32,000 bases of DNA from Psychrobacter cryohalolentis K5 (GTDB lineage Bacteria; Pseudomonadota; Gammaproteobacteria; Pseudomonadales; Moraxellaceae). A program made the translations under genes and the position numbers. Location: contig NC_007969.1 of the NCBI RefSeq assembly GCF_000013905.1, positions 1,770,001 through 1,802,000 of the forward strand. The letters run 5' to 3'. The notes under the pieces were generated by a model, which did not search any database, was not told where the DNA came from, and worked only from the letters and a program-made list of their open reading frames with translations. Below, piece by piece: positions 1 to 9,935 of this stretch (positions are counted from its first letter, which is position 1; the number at the start of each line of letters is the position of its first letter).

Positions 1-389
1 GGACAGGACAGGCAAATATAGATCTAAAAAGTACGGATTTTACCGCAACTAGCCAGCTGATTGCTGATTTACAAGAAACCTTAGTGATGGAAAATCTCAG
101 CTTTGGTGTTTCAGATATCAAAAAGAATGCGCTAGAGCAAAAGCTAATGACCGAAGCTTCTCGCGCCTTTCAGCAGCAAGCTAAAAATATGACCCGTGCT
201 TGGGATGCACGCGGCTATCGTGTCGTCAATGTCAATCTAAACACTGGTAGCAATTATCCGCGCCCGATGTATAATGCAATGAGTATGAAAGCTGAGAGTG
301 CTGATGCGTCTGTACCAAGCCAAAACTTTGAATCTGGTAACAGCACCATCTCAGTCACTGCCAATGGTACGATTGAGTTGACTAAATAA
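1..389 (+). CDS. SIMPL (DUF541) domain periplasmic protein, 3' end (5' end lies outside the window)
   Basis: The reading frame (frame 3) is open from the window edge to the TAA at 387-389. The listed GTG at 84 is therefore probably internal. The C-terminal pattern (...NVNLNTGSNYPRPMYNAMSMKAES...SGNSTISVTANGTIELTK) resembles the C-terminus of YggE/SIMPL-family proteins. A strong terminator follows. Confidence 0.5.
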   Translation, partial: TGQANIDLKSTDFTATSQLIADLQETLVMENLSFGVSDIKKNALEQKLMTEASRAFQQQAKNMTRAWDARGYRVVNVNLNTGSNYPRPMYNAMSMKAESADASVPSQNFESGNSTISVTANGTIELTK

Positions 390-426
390 AATACAGTCAA
401 AGTTATATGAAAAGATGAGTATGAAT

Positions 427-465
427 AAAGGCAATCGCTGATATCAGTGATTGCCTTTATTTTTT
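427..465 (+). terminator. Rho-independent terminator
   Basis: Near-perfect hairpin aaaggcaatcgctgat/atcagtgattgccttt (427-458) with one G-U pair, followed by a-tttttt (459-465). It lies between two convergent genes. Confidence 0.65.
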
Positions 466-487
466 AGATAACATTATTCATCATAGG

Positions 488-1309
488 CTACTTTATAGCT
501 GGTTGCTCAAGAGTCATAGGTGTGTCTACTTGTGGTTTATTAAAGGTTTGCATATTAGGCTGTTTGCCATCTTGACGCAGTTTTAACAACACCTTTTGAT
601 GCCAAGGCAAGCGCTGATAAGCCAAAAGCTGCTCAGCAATTTTTTTATTATTTTGCAATGTCTGCGTATTTTGAATCACATAAATAGTGCGTGATATCTG
701 CTTTAACGTCTGCCCTTTCGCGTTTTTAATCACAGCATGAATAACATGAGAGCCCGGTAGGATATCAACCGTAGAAATTGAGGCACTTAAACCTTGGGCC
801 ATCTCATTACCATCAAGCGTAATACTCACACTATCTCTTACTTGTAGTGCAGGTTTAATTTGTAGAGTGACCACGATACTTTGCGCCGGACGACGATAGG
901 CACGCTCTTCGCTAGGCTCAATCATCGTCAATTGATAACTGACGCGTGGTGCTTGAATTGCGATTGAAGCACTTGCCATCGCTGGCGGTGTTGCATTGCT
1001 AGTGACCATTGGCTTAGCAGGTGCAATAGGATTACTATCTACTGCGGTGCTGTTATTAGTAGCATTATTGGATGTAGAGCGAGTGTCCGTTATCACAGAA
1101 GTTTCACTAATTTGCTTGCCCGGTTTATTTTCGTAGTTCTGCGGGCGATCGGTAAAGGTGACTTGACCCGTTTTCTCATCAATGACTTTATAAATAGCAG
1201 CGGCATTTGTAACAGGCATCCAAAGACTAGCCGTGCTAACTATAAAACCCGTCAGCAGGCTTAAAGTCACACTTTTATTCAAAAGATTACTTTTTGATAA
1301 TAGAGTCAT
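488..1309 (-). CDS. DUF4124 domain-containing secreted protein
   Basis: 273-aa ORF with an N-terminal signal-like hydrophobic segment (LLTGFIVSTASLWMPVTNAAA). This is followed by the DUF4124-type motif IYKVIDEKTGQVTFTDRP and a Ser/Thr/Asn/Ala-rich low-complexity linker. Genes of this family often sit next to glnA in gammaproteobacteria. Confidence 0.7.
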   Translation of the reverse strand: MTLLSKSNLLNKSVTLSLLTGFIVSTASLWMPVTNAAAIYKVIDEKTGQVTFTDRPQNYENKPGKQISETSVITDTRSTSNNATNNSTAVDSNPIAPAKPMVTSNATPPAMASASIAIQAPRVSYQLTMIEPSEERAYRRPAQSIVVTLQIKPALQVRDSVSITLDGNEMAQGLSASISTVDILPGSHVIHAVIKNAKGQTLKQISRTIYVIQNTQTLQNNKKIAEQLLAYQRLPWHQKVLLKLRQDGKQPNMQTFNKPQVDTPMTLEQPAIK

Positions 1310-1437
1310 AGTCAGTCAGCCTAATAGATACTTATTATTAATATACAGATGAAACTATTATGCGTTACTTTTCATATTAAAGCAGTATCGTCTGCACAGA
1401 AATTTTGTCAGCTCAGTCAACACACATATTCAAGAGC

Positions 1438-1475
1438 AAAAAAAAACCAGCTAAGATCTACTTAACTGGTTTTTT
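1438..1475 (-). terminator. Rho-independent (bidirectional-looking) terminator downstream of glnA
   Basis: Hairpin accagctaag-atcta-cttaactggt with one mismatch, flanked by an A-run (1438-1446) and a T-run (1471-1475). On the minus strand the stem is followed by a run of 9 T. Confidence 0.7.
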
Positions 1476-1505
1476 ATTAAAATCATTGAGCGTATCAGCT
1501 ATAAA

Positions 1506-2915
1506 TTAGCAGCTGTAATACAAGTCAAACTCAACTGGATGAACAGTAATGTTGACGCGCTGTGCTTCTTCTTGTTTTAGAGCAATATAAGCCTCTAACA
1601 TCTCTTTAGTGAATACATCGCCTTTTAATAAGAACTCATGATCATCTTTTAGTGCTTGTAGCGCCACTTCTAAGTTTTCAGCGACCGTTGGGATTAGTGC
1701 TTCTTCTTCTGGTGGCAAATCATATAAATTTTTGTCAGCTGCTTCACCTGGATGCATTTTGTTTTGAATACCGTCAATACCAGCCATCAACAACGCCGCA
1801 AACGCTAGATATGGGTTGGCTGCTGGATCAGGGAAACGTGCTTCAACACGCACTGCTTTTGGGCTACTAACGTGCGGAATACGGATAGACGCTGAACGGT
1901 TAGATGCTGAGTACGCAAGCTTGATAGGCGCTTCATAATGTGGCACAAGGCGCTTATAGCTGTTGGTTGATGGATTGGTAATCGCATTAAGTGCACGAGC
2001 GTGTTTAATGATACCACCGACAAAATACAATGCCGTTTCAGACAAGCCCGCATATTCATCACCAGAGAAAGTATTGACACCATCTTTTGAGATTGAGATA
2101 TGGACGTGCATACCAGAACCATTATCACCAACGATAGGCTTTGGCATAAAGGTTGCGGTTTTTCCAAACTGATGAGCAACATTATGTACGGCATATTTGA
2201 GTTTTTGCACTTCATCTGCTTTGCGTACTAGGGTGTTAAAAGCAACGCCAATCTCTAACTGACAAGGCGCAACTTCATGGTGATGGACTTCGATACAACC
2301 TTCACCAATCATATCTTCAATGCGATCACACATGACGGTACGCATATCTTGTGCGCTATCAACCGGTGGCACTGGTACATAACCGCCTTTGACACGTGGG
2401 CGATGACCCATGTTGCCCCACTCGTAGTCTTTGTTAGTTGACCAAGCGGCTTCTTCAGCGACGATTTCATGACTGACACCAGACATGCCCACAGACCATT
2501 TTACTTCATCAAACACAAAGAATTCAGGCTCAGGACCAAAATAGGCAGTGTCACCAATACCGGTAGATTTTAAATACTCTTCAGCACGGCGCGCAATAGA
2601 ACGTGGATCACGGTCATAACCTTGTAGGGTTGATGGCTCAATGATGTCACAAGTCACAACAACCGTAACCGCATCAAAGAATGGGTCAATAAACGCCGTA
2701 TCAGGATCAGGACGCAATATCATGTCTGATGCTTCAATCCCTTTCCAACCAGCAATCGATGAGCCATCAAACATTTTGCCATCTTCCATCGATTCTTCAT
2801 CAACGCTATGAGCTGGAAAGCTCATATGATGCTCTTTACCGCGGGTATCAGTGAAGCGGAAATCAACCCATTTAGCGTTGGATGATTTGATCAGATCAAG
2901 TAGTTTATTTGACAT
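1506..2915 (-). CDS. glnA: Glutamine synthetase, type I
   Basis: 469-aa ORF with full-length similarity to GlnA. Hallmark blocks include [39 protein letters not shown] and the adenylylation-loop region NLYDLPPEE. Confidence 0.97.
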   Translation of the reverse strand: MSNKLLDLIKSSNAKWVDFRFTDTRGKEHHMSFPAHSVDEESMEDGKMFDGSSIAGWKGIEASDMILRPDPDTAFIDPFFDAVTVVVTCDIIEPSTLQGYDRDPRSIARRAEEYLKSTGIGDTAYFGPEPEFFVFDEVKWSVGMSGVSHEIVAEEAAWSTNKDYEWGNMGHRPRVKGGYVPVPPVDSAQDMRTVMCDRIEDMIGEGCIEVHHHEVAPCQLEIGVAFNTLVRKADEVQKLKYAVHNVAHQFGKTATFMPKPIVGDNGSGMHVHISISKDGVNTFSGDEYAGLSETALYFVGGIIKHARALNAITNPSTNSYKRLVPHYEAPIKLAYSASNRSASIRIPHVSSPKAVRVEARFPDPAANPYLAFAALLMAGIDGIQNKMHPGEAADKNLYDLPPEEEALIPTVAENLEVALQALKDDHEFLLKGDVFTKEMLEAYIALKQEEAQRVNITVHPVEFDLYYSC

Positions 2916-3186
2916 AGATAGTTTCCCTAGTGATTATCATGGTACTGAAATTATAGTAATGGCTTTGTATTACTAAACAGTGCTGAGGTTGAAGATAACG
3001 ATTTTTACTCGTTATTCATACTAATAGCCAGTATCTGTCTTTATTATTAATGACACATTTTTATCAATCAGACAAATGCAATTGCTATATTAGCAATATC
3101 TCGCTAATAATGTTGCACTCTTCAGACGCCGATTGATAAATAGTTTGTGCTGCAAGGCAATACAAGATACTTGTATGCTAGGAAGA

Positions 3187-3202
3187 TGCAACAGCCATGC
3201 CA
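3187..3202 (-). promoter_or_regulatory. Sigma-54 (-24/-12) promoter candidate for glnA
   Basis: The minus-strand sequence is TGGCATGGCTGTTGCA. This matches the TGGCAC-N5-TTGCA consensus with correct GG-N10-GC spacing, and it points towards glnA. The predicted start near 3176 implies a leader of about 260 nt. Confidence 0.6.
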
Positions 3203-3366
3203 ACCTAGCTAGTTTCATTACTCTAGATCATCAGATTTTTAGTTTATTACCAATAAATACAGTCGGTTAAATAAAATACAGACTAATCTTCCAGAAAAAA
3301 TATTGTCTCACATTTGCTTCTGACAATGAATATCGACGATTCAATATCATAATATTAGCATCATAA

Positions 3367-3415
3367 TAGTGCATAGATAAGAATATATTTAGTGCACGTG
3401 CACCATAGTGGAACA
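3367..3415 (-). promoter_or_regulatory. NtrC-like enhancer sites upstream of the sigma-54 promoter
   Basis: TGCACCAtagTGGAACA (3399-3415) matches 12 of 14 specified positions of the NtrC consensus TGCACCA-N3-TGGTGCA. TAGTGCA repeats occur at 3367-3373 and 3390-3396, and GTGCACGTGCAC is palindromic. The cluster lies about 165-215 bp upstream of the -24 element. Confidence 0.4.
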
Positions 3416-3664
3416 TTTACAAATATTTTTTGAAAATATACTTTTTTTAGCCGCGGTAATGGTGCCAAGTTGCCGTTCCATTAACGATTAAACATCCTTT
3501 TATCTATCGACATTCAATCTATAGAATCATCACATTTGATAGACGACAAAATAATGTTAATATAATGATGCCATAAAATCTTTAACATTAAGTGACATAG
3601 CAAACTGCCATACAAATTTATTAATCAATGCCAACAGTAAACATCTCAATAAGTTGAAGCCCTC

Positions 3665-4288
3665 ATGATTCTGATGATCGATAACTACGACAGCTTTACA
3701 TATAATATTGTACAGTACTTCGGTGAATTGCAGCAGGACATCACCGTTTGTCGTAATGATGAGATTAGCATTGAGCAAATAAAAGCGCTTGCGCCTGACG
3801 TCATCGTTATCGGTCCTGGACCTTGTACCCCTGATAGCGCTGGCATCTCACTTGAATTGATTGATACTTTTAAAGGCATGATACCAATACTGGGTATCTG
3901 CTTGGGTCACCAAGCTATTGGACAGGCGTTTGGCGGTAACATAGTCAAAGCAAGCGAAGTGATGCACGGACGCTTATCCGCTATTTACCATAATGGAGAG
4001 GGTGTGTTTATGGATTTACCCAATCCTGCACAGTTTACCCGCTATCATTCACTGGTCATTGATAAATCAAGCTTACCAGAAGGCTTTGAGGTCACTGCTT
4101 GGACACAACATATCGATGGCAGTATAGAAGAAATCATGGGTATTCGTCACCGTGACTTTGCCATTGAAGGGGTACAGTTTCATCCTGAATCTATTTTAAG
4201 CGAGGCTGGCTATCAGCTGCTTAATAACTTTTTACGAGCGCATCATTTGGCTGTTATAGACACCGATAACTTGCCACAGGTAGGCTAG
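3665..4288 (+). CDS. trpG: Anthranilate synthase component II / aminodeoxychorismate synthase glutamine amidotransferase
   Basis: 207-aa ORF with the class-I GATase signature ([28 protein letters not shown], catalytic HPES). It sits immediately upstream of trpD and trpC. Confidence 0.93.
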   Translation: MILMIDNYDSFTYNIVQYFGELQQDITVCRNDEISIEQIKALAPDVIVIGPGPCTPDSAGISLELIDTFKGMIPILGICLGHQAIGQAFGGNIVKASEVMHGRLSAIYHNGEGVFMDLPNPAQFTRYHSLVIDKSSLPEGFEVTAWTQHIDGSIEEIMGIRHRDFAIEGVQFHPESILSEAGYQLLNNFLRAHHLAVIDTDNLPQVG

Positions 4289-4333
4289 CCGCTAGAAATT
4301 ATCTAAAAATTTAAAATAATAATAAGTGAGAAT

Positions 4334-5473
4334 ATGATGACCACTGCTCCTTTGCAGAATGTACTTTCAAACGTAACCCGTACGCCAGAAGATATCCATC
4401 AGTTGTCAGATGACAGTATCCATGAGCTACTAACCACCGCATTAGGTAGGATTTTTCAACACATTGATCTGACCTTTGATGAGATGTATCAAGTGATGCT
4501 AATCATCATGCAAGGCAGATGTAGTGATGCCATGATGGGTGCTATTTTGACCGGTCTGCGTATGAAAGGCGAATCAATCGATGAGATTACTGCCTCAGCA
4601 AGTGCTATGCGTGCATTAGCGTCAAATATCGCCCCAAAAGACTGTGACTATATGGTCGATATCGTTGGTACAGGTGGTGATGGTGCCAACTTATTTAATG
4701 TCTCTACAGCGGCAGCGTTGGTAGCAGCAGCAGCAGGTGCACAAGTTGCCAAACATGGTAACCGCGGTGTGTCAAGCAAATCTGGTAGCTCGGACTTGCT
4801 TGAGCAAGCTGGTATCAGTCTATCGCTGACGCCTGAGCAAGCGCAAGCCTGTATCGAAGACCAAGGTATTGGCTTTTTATTTGCGCCAAACCACCATAGC
4901 GCCATGCGTTATGCCAATCCAGTACGCCGTGAGCTAAAATCTAGAACGATTTTTAATATTTTAGGTCCACTCACCAACCCTGCTGGTACGCCCAATTTGG
5001 TGATTGGCGTTTTTACCGCGCAATTATGTGAACCTTTAGCAAAGGTCATGAAAAATCTAGGCGCGCGCCATGTGATGGTCGTCGGTGCAAAAGATGGTTT
5101 GGATGAAATAAGTCTCGCAACCTCGACCACGGTGGCTGAATTAAAAGATGGTGAAATTTCTGTCTATGATATGATGCCAGAGGATGCAGGTATTGATTCA
5201 CAAACCTTGATTGGGCTTGATGTTGACTCACCAGCGCAAAGCCTTGAGCTAATACGTGCCGCTTTGTCAGGCACAGAGACACATGAACGATCAGTGCTTA
5301 AAGCGCGCGATATGATTGCGTTAAATGCAGGCGCAGCGATATATACTGCAGGACTTGCAAGCAACTATCCAAACGGTGTGAGCCGAGCACAAAAAATTAT
5401 CCAAAATGGCGAGGCTTTAGTGAAGCTTGAGTCTTTGGCACAATATACGCAGCAATTGGCAGCCAATGCTTAA
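4334..5473 (+). CDS. trpD: Anthranilate phosphoribosyltransferase
   Basis: 379-aa ORF with the TrpD motifs DIVGTGGDGANLFNVSTAAA, KHGNRGVSSKSGSSDLLE and FLFAPNHH. The start could equally be the second ATG at 4337. Confidence 0.95.
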   Translation: MMTTAPLQNVLSNVTRTPEDIHQLSDDSIHELLTTALGRIFQHIDLTFDEMYQVMLIIMQGRCSDAMMGAILTGLRMKGESIDEITASASAMRALASNIAPKDCDYMVDIVGTGGDGANLFNVSTAAALVAAAAGAQVAKHGNRGVSSKSGSSDLLEQAGISLSLTPEQAQACIEDQGIGFLFAPNHHSAMRYANPVRRELKSRTIFNILGPLTNPAGTPNLVIGVFTAQLCEPLAKVMKNLGARHVMVVGAKDGLDEISLATSTTVAELKDGEISVYDMMPEDAGIDSQTLIGLDVDSPAQSLELIRAALSGTETHERSVLKARDMIALNAGAAIYTAGLASNYPNGVSRAQKIIQNGEALVKLESLAQYTQQLAANA

Positions 5474-5536
5474 CTTATAAGTACATAAACCTAGCCATCA
5501 TAGACTATTTATCTTTAACCATATTTGGATACCGCC

Positions 5537-6424
5537 ATGACTACTAACAAAACAGTTGGCTCACATATTCCTTCAGTATTACAACGTATCGTTGCTACCA
5601 AACATGAAGAGGTTGCTGCTGCTCGTAATCTGTTATCACTTGAGGACTTACAAGCGAAAGTCGCGGCAGATAAACAACCTCGTCGCGGTTTTGCCAGTGC
5701 CTTGCGCGCCGCTAATATCGGTATTATTGCTGAGATAAAAAAAGCCTCGCCTTCTAAAGGTATTATCAATCACAACTTTGCGCCGGCTTTATTTGCTAAG
5801 CAGTATGAGCAATCAGGCGCAAGCTGTCTGTCTGTATTGACAGATCGCGATTACTTCCAAGGTGATGATAGCTACTTGGTCCAAGCACGTGAAGCTTGTA
5901 ATCTGCCGATATTACGTAAAGATTTTATGATTGATCTCTATCAGATTTATCAGTCATATCTACTTGGCGCAGATTGTATATTACTGATTATGGCTTGCCT
6001 TGATGATGCACAGGTGCAAGAGCTACATGCGCTTAGCATCGAGCTTGGTATGGATGTGTTGATAGAAGTGCATACGGCAGAAGAGCTTGAACGTGCCCTA
6101 CAACTGCCACATTCAGAGCACAATATCTACGGTATCAATAACCGTGACTTAAATACCTTTGATGTGGATTTGCAGACGACACTTGATTTAAAGAACGCCC
6201 TATTACGCGAGCTTGCCATTGATGATGCATTTTCTGCTAACTCTAATGATAGCTTGCTACGACCGCTTATCGTGACCGAAAGTGGCATTCACAGCAGTAA
6301 CGATATCCGCATGATGCTAAGCCATAATATTCAGCACTTTTTAATCGGGGAGCAATTTATGAAAACCGATCATCCTGGACAAGCATTACAATCCTTACTT
6401 GCGAGCGTCGCAGCACAGGCGTAA
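5537..6424 (+). CDS. trpC: Indole-3-glycerol phosphate synthase
   Basis: The ORF track begins at a TTG (5525). The ATG at 5537 gives MTTNKTVGSHIPSVLQRIVATK, which aligns with TrpC N-termini. Motifs include IIAEIKKASPSKG, LSVLTD, ILRKDF, LIEVH and GINNRDL. Confidence 0.92.
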   Translation: MTTNKTVGSHIPSVLQRIVATKHEEVAAARNLLSLEDLQAKVAADKQPRRGFASALRAANIGIIAEIKKASPSKGIINHNFAPALFAKQYEQSGASCLSVLTDRDYFQGDDSYLVQAREACNLPILRKDFMIDLYQIYQSYLLGADCILLIMACLDDAQVQELHALSIELGMDVLIEVHTAEELERALQLPHSEHNIYGINNRDLNTFDVDLQTTLDLKNALLRELAIDDAFSANSNDSLLRPLIVTESGIHSSNDIRMMLSHNIQHFLIGEQFMKTDHPGQALQSLLASVAAQA

Positions 6425-6527
6425 AGTAAGTGAGATAGTTTAGATAAAGCCAATATGAAAATAGTCATTATCTTTATTACTTACTTAATTAATCATTTAT
6501 TCACTAACCAACGATACATTAATTATT

Positions 6528-7259
6528 ATGTCAAACTCTCTATTTTCAAAAGAAATGCAAGACCAACTTAAAGAGCTTAAAGGTCAATTGAGTAAAGGTC
6601 GTGATACCGTGTCACCTGATGGCGACGACGGTAAGCCCACTGAGCCTGTCTCGCTATTGACTCAAAAGCAAGTTAAAAAAACCGTCAAACAGATGGATAG
6701 CGAACATATCGATGATGATAAAGTCTTGTTCATGCAAGCGATGAATGGTGTCAATCAACTCGACGATAAAAACGTACGTTCACCTGCCAATGCAGCAAAA
6801 GCCAAGAAGCCTGATGCAGCGACACTGTCTAAACGTGCAGCCGCTCAAGGTGGCGAAGCAAGCGACTTGGGCGCTGGTTTATCAGATATGCAGGCTTTAT
6901 TGAACCCTGTTGCTGGTGAAGCCTACTTATCTTATAAAAACCCTACCTTACAAAACAAAATTTTTACCCAGCTCAAACAAGGTAAATTACGTTGGTATGA
7001 TGCTGTAGATATTCATGGCTGCACTATTGAAGAAGCGCGTGTAGCAATGACTCAATTACTCAGCCAAGCAAAGCAAAACAATGAAACATCGGTAAAAATC
7101 GTCCATGGTAAAGGTAGTGAAGCGATTCTAAAAACTTGCGTCAACGGTTGGTTACGTCAATTACCAGAAGTGTTGGCATTTTGCTCAGCCCCGCCAAAAG
7201 ATGGTGGTAATGGCGCTGTATTGGTATTATTAAAAAAGAATAAGCCTGATAGCGAGTAA
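6528..7259 (+). CDS. Smr-domain protein (SmrA/SmrB-like endonuclease)
   Basis: 243-aa ORF whose C-terminal ~85 aa form a typical Smr domain (DIHGCTIEEAR...VKIVHGKG...GWLRQLPEVLAFCSAPPKDGGNGAVLVLLKK). The N-terminal part is charged and low in complexity. Confidence 0.8.
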   Translation: MSNSLFSKEMQDQLKELKGQLSKGRDTVSPDGDDGKPTEPVSLLTQKQVKKTVKQMDSEHIDDDKVLFMQAMNGVNQLDDKNVRSPANAAKAKKPDAATLSKRAAAQGGEASDLGAGLSDMQALLNPVAGEAYLSYKNPTLQNKIFTQLKQGKLRWYDAVDIHGCTIEEARVAMTQLLSQAKQNNETSVKIVHGKGSEAILKTCVNGWLRQLPEVLAFCSAPPKDGGNGAVLVLLKKNKPDSE

Positions 7260-7281
7260 GCTCTTTGGTTTAGGAACAAAA

Positions 7282-7309
7282 AAGGACTGCAAATAAGCAG
7301 TCTTTTTTT
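7282..7309 (+). terminator. Rho-independent terminator
   Basis: Short hairpin gactgc-aaataa-gcagtc followed by ttttttt (7303-7309), directly after the Smr gene. Confidence 0.55.
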
Positions 7310-7367
7310 ATAGCTGTATTTAACCTATATTCAGTAGGTAAATTTAATTATTTAGGACAAGTCTCTC

Positions 7368-8027
7368 ATGGACGTACAAAATACTGAAATAATAAAAACC
7401 GTTCAAACAATTGAAAATAATGAACAGCTAAAACTTCACATCGATGCACTTATTGCTATTGAACCAAAATTTTCTTCTATCTATGAGCAAGTAGGTGCTC
7501 CAGACTTAAGACGTAATACTGGCGGCTTTGAGCAGCTAATGAGAGCGATAATTGGTCAACAGCTATCTGTAGCGGCGGCTTCCAGCATTTGGAAAAAACT
7601 GCTTAATGCTAACCTCACCTCACCGCAAACGATTATTCAGGTAGAAGACGATATATTGCGAACACAAGGGTTATCTAAGCAAAAAATTCGTTATACGCGC
7701 TCATTGGTTGAGCATGATATCGACTTTGAAGCATTAACCACCATAAGTGATAAAGAAGTGCTTGAGATACTCACTGCCGTCGTTGGTATTGGCTGTTGGA
7801 CGGCTGAAATGTACTTATTATTCTCTTTAGGACGAGCTGATGTACTGGCGGTCGATGACTTGGCGATTAAAGTCGCAGCGATGGATTTGCTAGGTCTAGC
7901 AGAACGTCCAACACCAAAACAATTAAAAATGGCGACCAAAGATTGGTCGCCACATCGGAGTGCTGCTAGCTTACTACTATGGTCACATTACGGCTGGCTA
8001 AATAATAGAAAAGCAGTGCCTTTATAA
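7368..8027 (+). CDS. DNA-3-methyladenine glycosylase II-like HhH-GPD base-excision enzyme
   Basis: 219-aa ORF with an HhH-GPD core: GQQLSVAAASSIWKKL, the helix-hairpin-helix GIGCWTAEMYLLFSLGR and the catalytic-Asp region DVLAVDDLAI. Confidence 0.8.
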   Translation: MDVQNTEIIKTVQTIENNEQLKLHIDALIAIEPKFSSIYEQVGAPDLRRNTGGFEQLMRAIIGQQLSVAAASSIWKKLLNANLTSPQTIIQVEDDILRTQGLSKQKIRYTRSLVEHDIDFEALTTISDKEVLEILTAVVGIGCWTAEMYLLFSLGRADVLAVDDLAIKVAAMDLLGLAERPTPKQLKMATKDWSPHRSAASLLLWSHYGWLNNRKAVPL

Positions 8028-8048
8028 TAGGCTATCTTATTAAATGCT

Positions 8049-9935
8049 TCATATCTTAGGGAATCTAAAGCTCTTTTTAACCTGCTTGAACTTTAGTTTT
8101 GCTAAATTATACCCACGATTTTTATGAATGCGTTTGTATCTATTGTCGATCATATCCTTTTTTAAGCCATCTTTGGGTTTATCTGCGGTCTGCTCATCAT
8201 CAATAGTATCCACATCTTTGCTTAAATTAACGGCTTCAGGCTTATCAGCAGCAGCATTTTTTTTATCAGCTTTCTTGTCAACCGTCTCGCCTTCTTTACT
8301 TTCATGATCTAATTCAGCCTGAAGCTCTGGTTGCTTAACAATCAGCTGCTGTGTTGGCAGGGCATGCTCTACATCATACTTTCTAACTTGCATTAATAGA
8401 TCAACAAATAACACATCTTGTTTTTCATAGAATTCGATGATACCAGTGGCATTGATATAGGCTTGCAATTGAATAATATAACAATCTTGACGCAACTCTA
8501 AGATATTGACTTGGTTCCATTCTTGATTGGTTAATTCATGCTCATCCAAAAACGTATCCAAGTGCTTGACCATTTTAAACACAACATCGATATCAGCGGT
8601 ACGCTTGATATATAGCTGATGCAAAAAGCGGAACATATCACGCGAGGTAAAGTTTTCAATTTGCATCGATGAAAAATCACCATTAGGTACTGTGACGATA
8701 GTGCGAGTCAAAGTACGCACGCGCGATGAGCGAATACCAATATCAATAACAGTACCTTCATAGGTACCAAACTTGCAATAATCACCGATACGTACGGGCG
8801 AATCTGCCACTACTACCACACTACCGACTAAGTTTTCGATGGTCTTTTGCGCACCTAATGCTAACGCTAAACCACCGACACCTAGTGCCGCAATACCCGT
8901 CGTTAAGTCAAAGCCCAAGTTACCAAAAGTGACAATGACTGCAAATATCAATAGCAGTGCTTTGACGACTTTGCGTAGTAGCCCCAAAATTGAGACCCGT
9001 TCAGTATAGTTTTTCTTATAGCTTAAGTTCACTGCACGGGTAAATAATGCATCGATAATGCGTAATAACAACCACGTTATCGCCACCCACGAAGCAATCT
9101 CGGCGAAACGGTTGACAGGCTCGCGCAGGGTCACTGACACGCCCGCATAAACCATCACCTCAGATAAAATCAGCGCCATAATCACCACCGCTAGCGGCAA
9201 TATCACTTTATCTGGCAATGGTAGCGGTACATCACGGACACGAGGGTAAGTGATTTCTAATAAATGATACAATAGCCATACTGCGATGTACGTGAACAAA
9301 AAACTACTGATAGTAATCATTAAAGCGGCTACCAAATCAGCCAACTGATAACCAAAAAGCTTTTTGCCTTCCAACGAGTCAATGGTATAACGAGAAACCA
9401 AAGTCGGCTCATAGTTCTCTATCGCCTCTGGTATTGAGCTGAGTGTATCGGTAGAAAACTGCCAATATTGCTCACCTTCTTTTGACACCACTCTTTCAAG
9501 TAATAGAGGAATGCTGGCATCACTGACTTTGATGACACCTACATTTTCTTGGCTTGGCGGTAGCTGATCGGTCAAATTGCCTTCAGGCGTATTATTAATC
9601 TGTAGATCAGCCTGAAAACGACCACCTGCATCGAGGGCTTGCTTGAACTGTCGTACAATGGTTGTGGGATTATCAGATTTAGATAGATTTAAGTAATTAC
9701 TCGCCAGCAAATAATCATTTTCACCCAATGCTGCAATAAATCCTTGCACCGTATGCCGAGGCGTATCGCGTCCGAATGAATCAGGTATCGATGTGCCATC
9801 CCCTTCCTCAGTCTTAGTCCCACCCACACCCAGTATGCTCGTCTCAGCTGCCAACGCACTAGGCTGCGAGAGGATACTAAGTGCCATAGCAACGAGTAGT
9901 GTTATCACGATTAATGGTAATTTCATCAATGACAT
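8049..9935 (-). CDS. Mechanosensitive ion channel (MscS family) protein with N-terminal periplasmic domain
   Basis: The MscS core is present: TM helices followed by NLVGSVVVVADSPVRIGDYCKFGTYEGTVIDIGIRSSRVRTLTRTIVTVPNG. I place the start at the ATG at 9935, because MSLMKLPLIVITLLVAMALSILSQPSALA|AE is a good Sec signal peptide. The GTG at 10070 given by the ORF track is not excluded. Confidence 0.85.
   Translation of the reverse strand: MSLMKLPLIVITLLVAMALSILSQPSALAAETSILGVGGTKTEEGDGTSIPDSFGRDTPRHTVQGFIAALGENDYLLASNYLNLSKSDNPTTIVRQFKQALDAGGRFQADLQINNTPEGNLTDQLPPSQENVGVIKVSDASIPLLLERVVSKEGEQYWQFSTDTLSSIPEAIENYEPTLVSRYTIDSLEGKKLFGYQLADLVAALMITISSFLFTYIAVWLLYHLLEITYPRVRDVPLPLPDKVILPLAVVIMALILSEVMVYAGVSVTLREPVNRFAEIASWVAITWLLLRIIDALFTRAVNLSYKKNYTERVSILGLLRKVVKALLLIFAVIVTFGNLGFDLTTGIAALGVGGLALALGAQKTIENLVGSVVVVADSPVRIGDYCKFGTYEGTVIDIGIRSSRVRTLTRTIVTVPNGDFSSMQIENFTSRDMFRFLHQLYIKRTADIDVVFKMVKHLDTFLDEHELTNQEWNQVNILELRQDCYIIQLQAYINATGIIEFYEKQDVLFVDLLMQVRKYDVEHALPTQQLIVKQPELQAELDHESKEGETVDKKADKKNAAADKPEAVNLSKDVDTIDDEQTADKPKDGLKKDMIDNRYKRIHKNRGYNLAKLKFKQVKKSFRFPKI

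Noticed and set aside
3460-3474. Plus-strand sigma-54-like sequence TGGTGCCAAGTTGCC upstream of trpG
   Set aside because: The GG and GC dinucleotides are separated by 9 nt rather than the required 10, and a sigma-54 promoter for trpGDC has no precedent I know of. The TGGTGCC part is more plausibly an NtrC-type half-site belonging to the glnA enhancer region.
3480-3664. Trp attenuator or leader peptide upstream of trpG
   Set aside because: There is no short ORF with tandem Trp codons (no TGGTGG) and no terminator/antiterminator pair followed by a T-tract.
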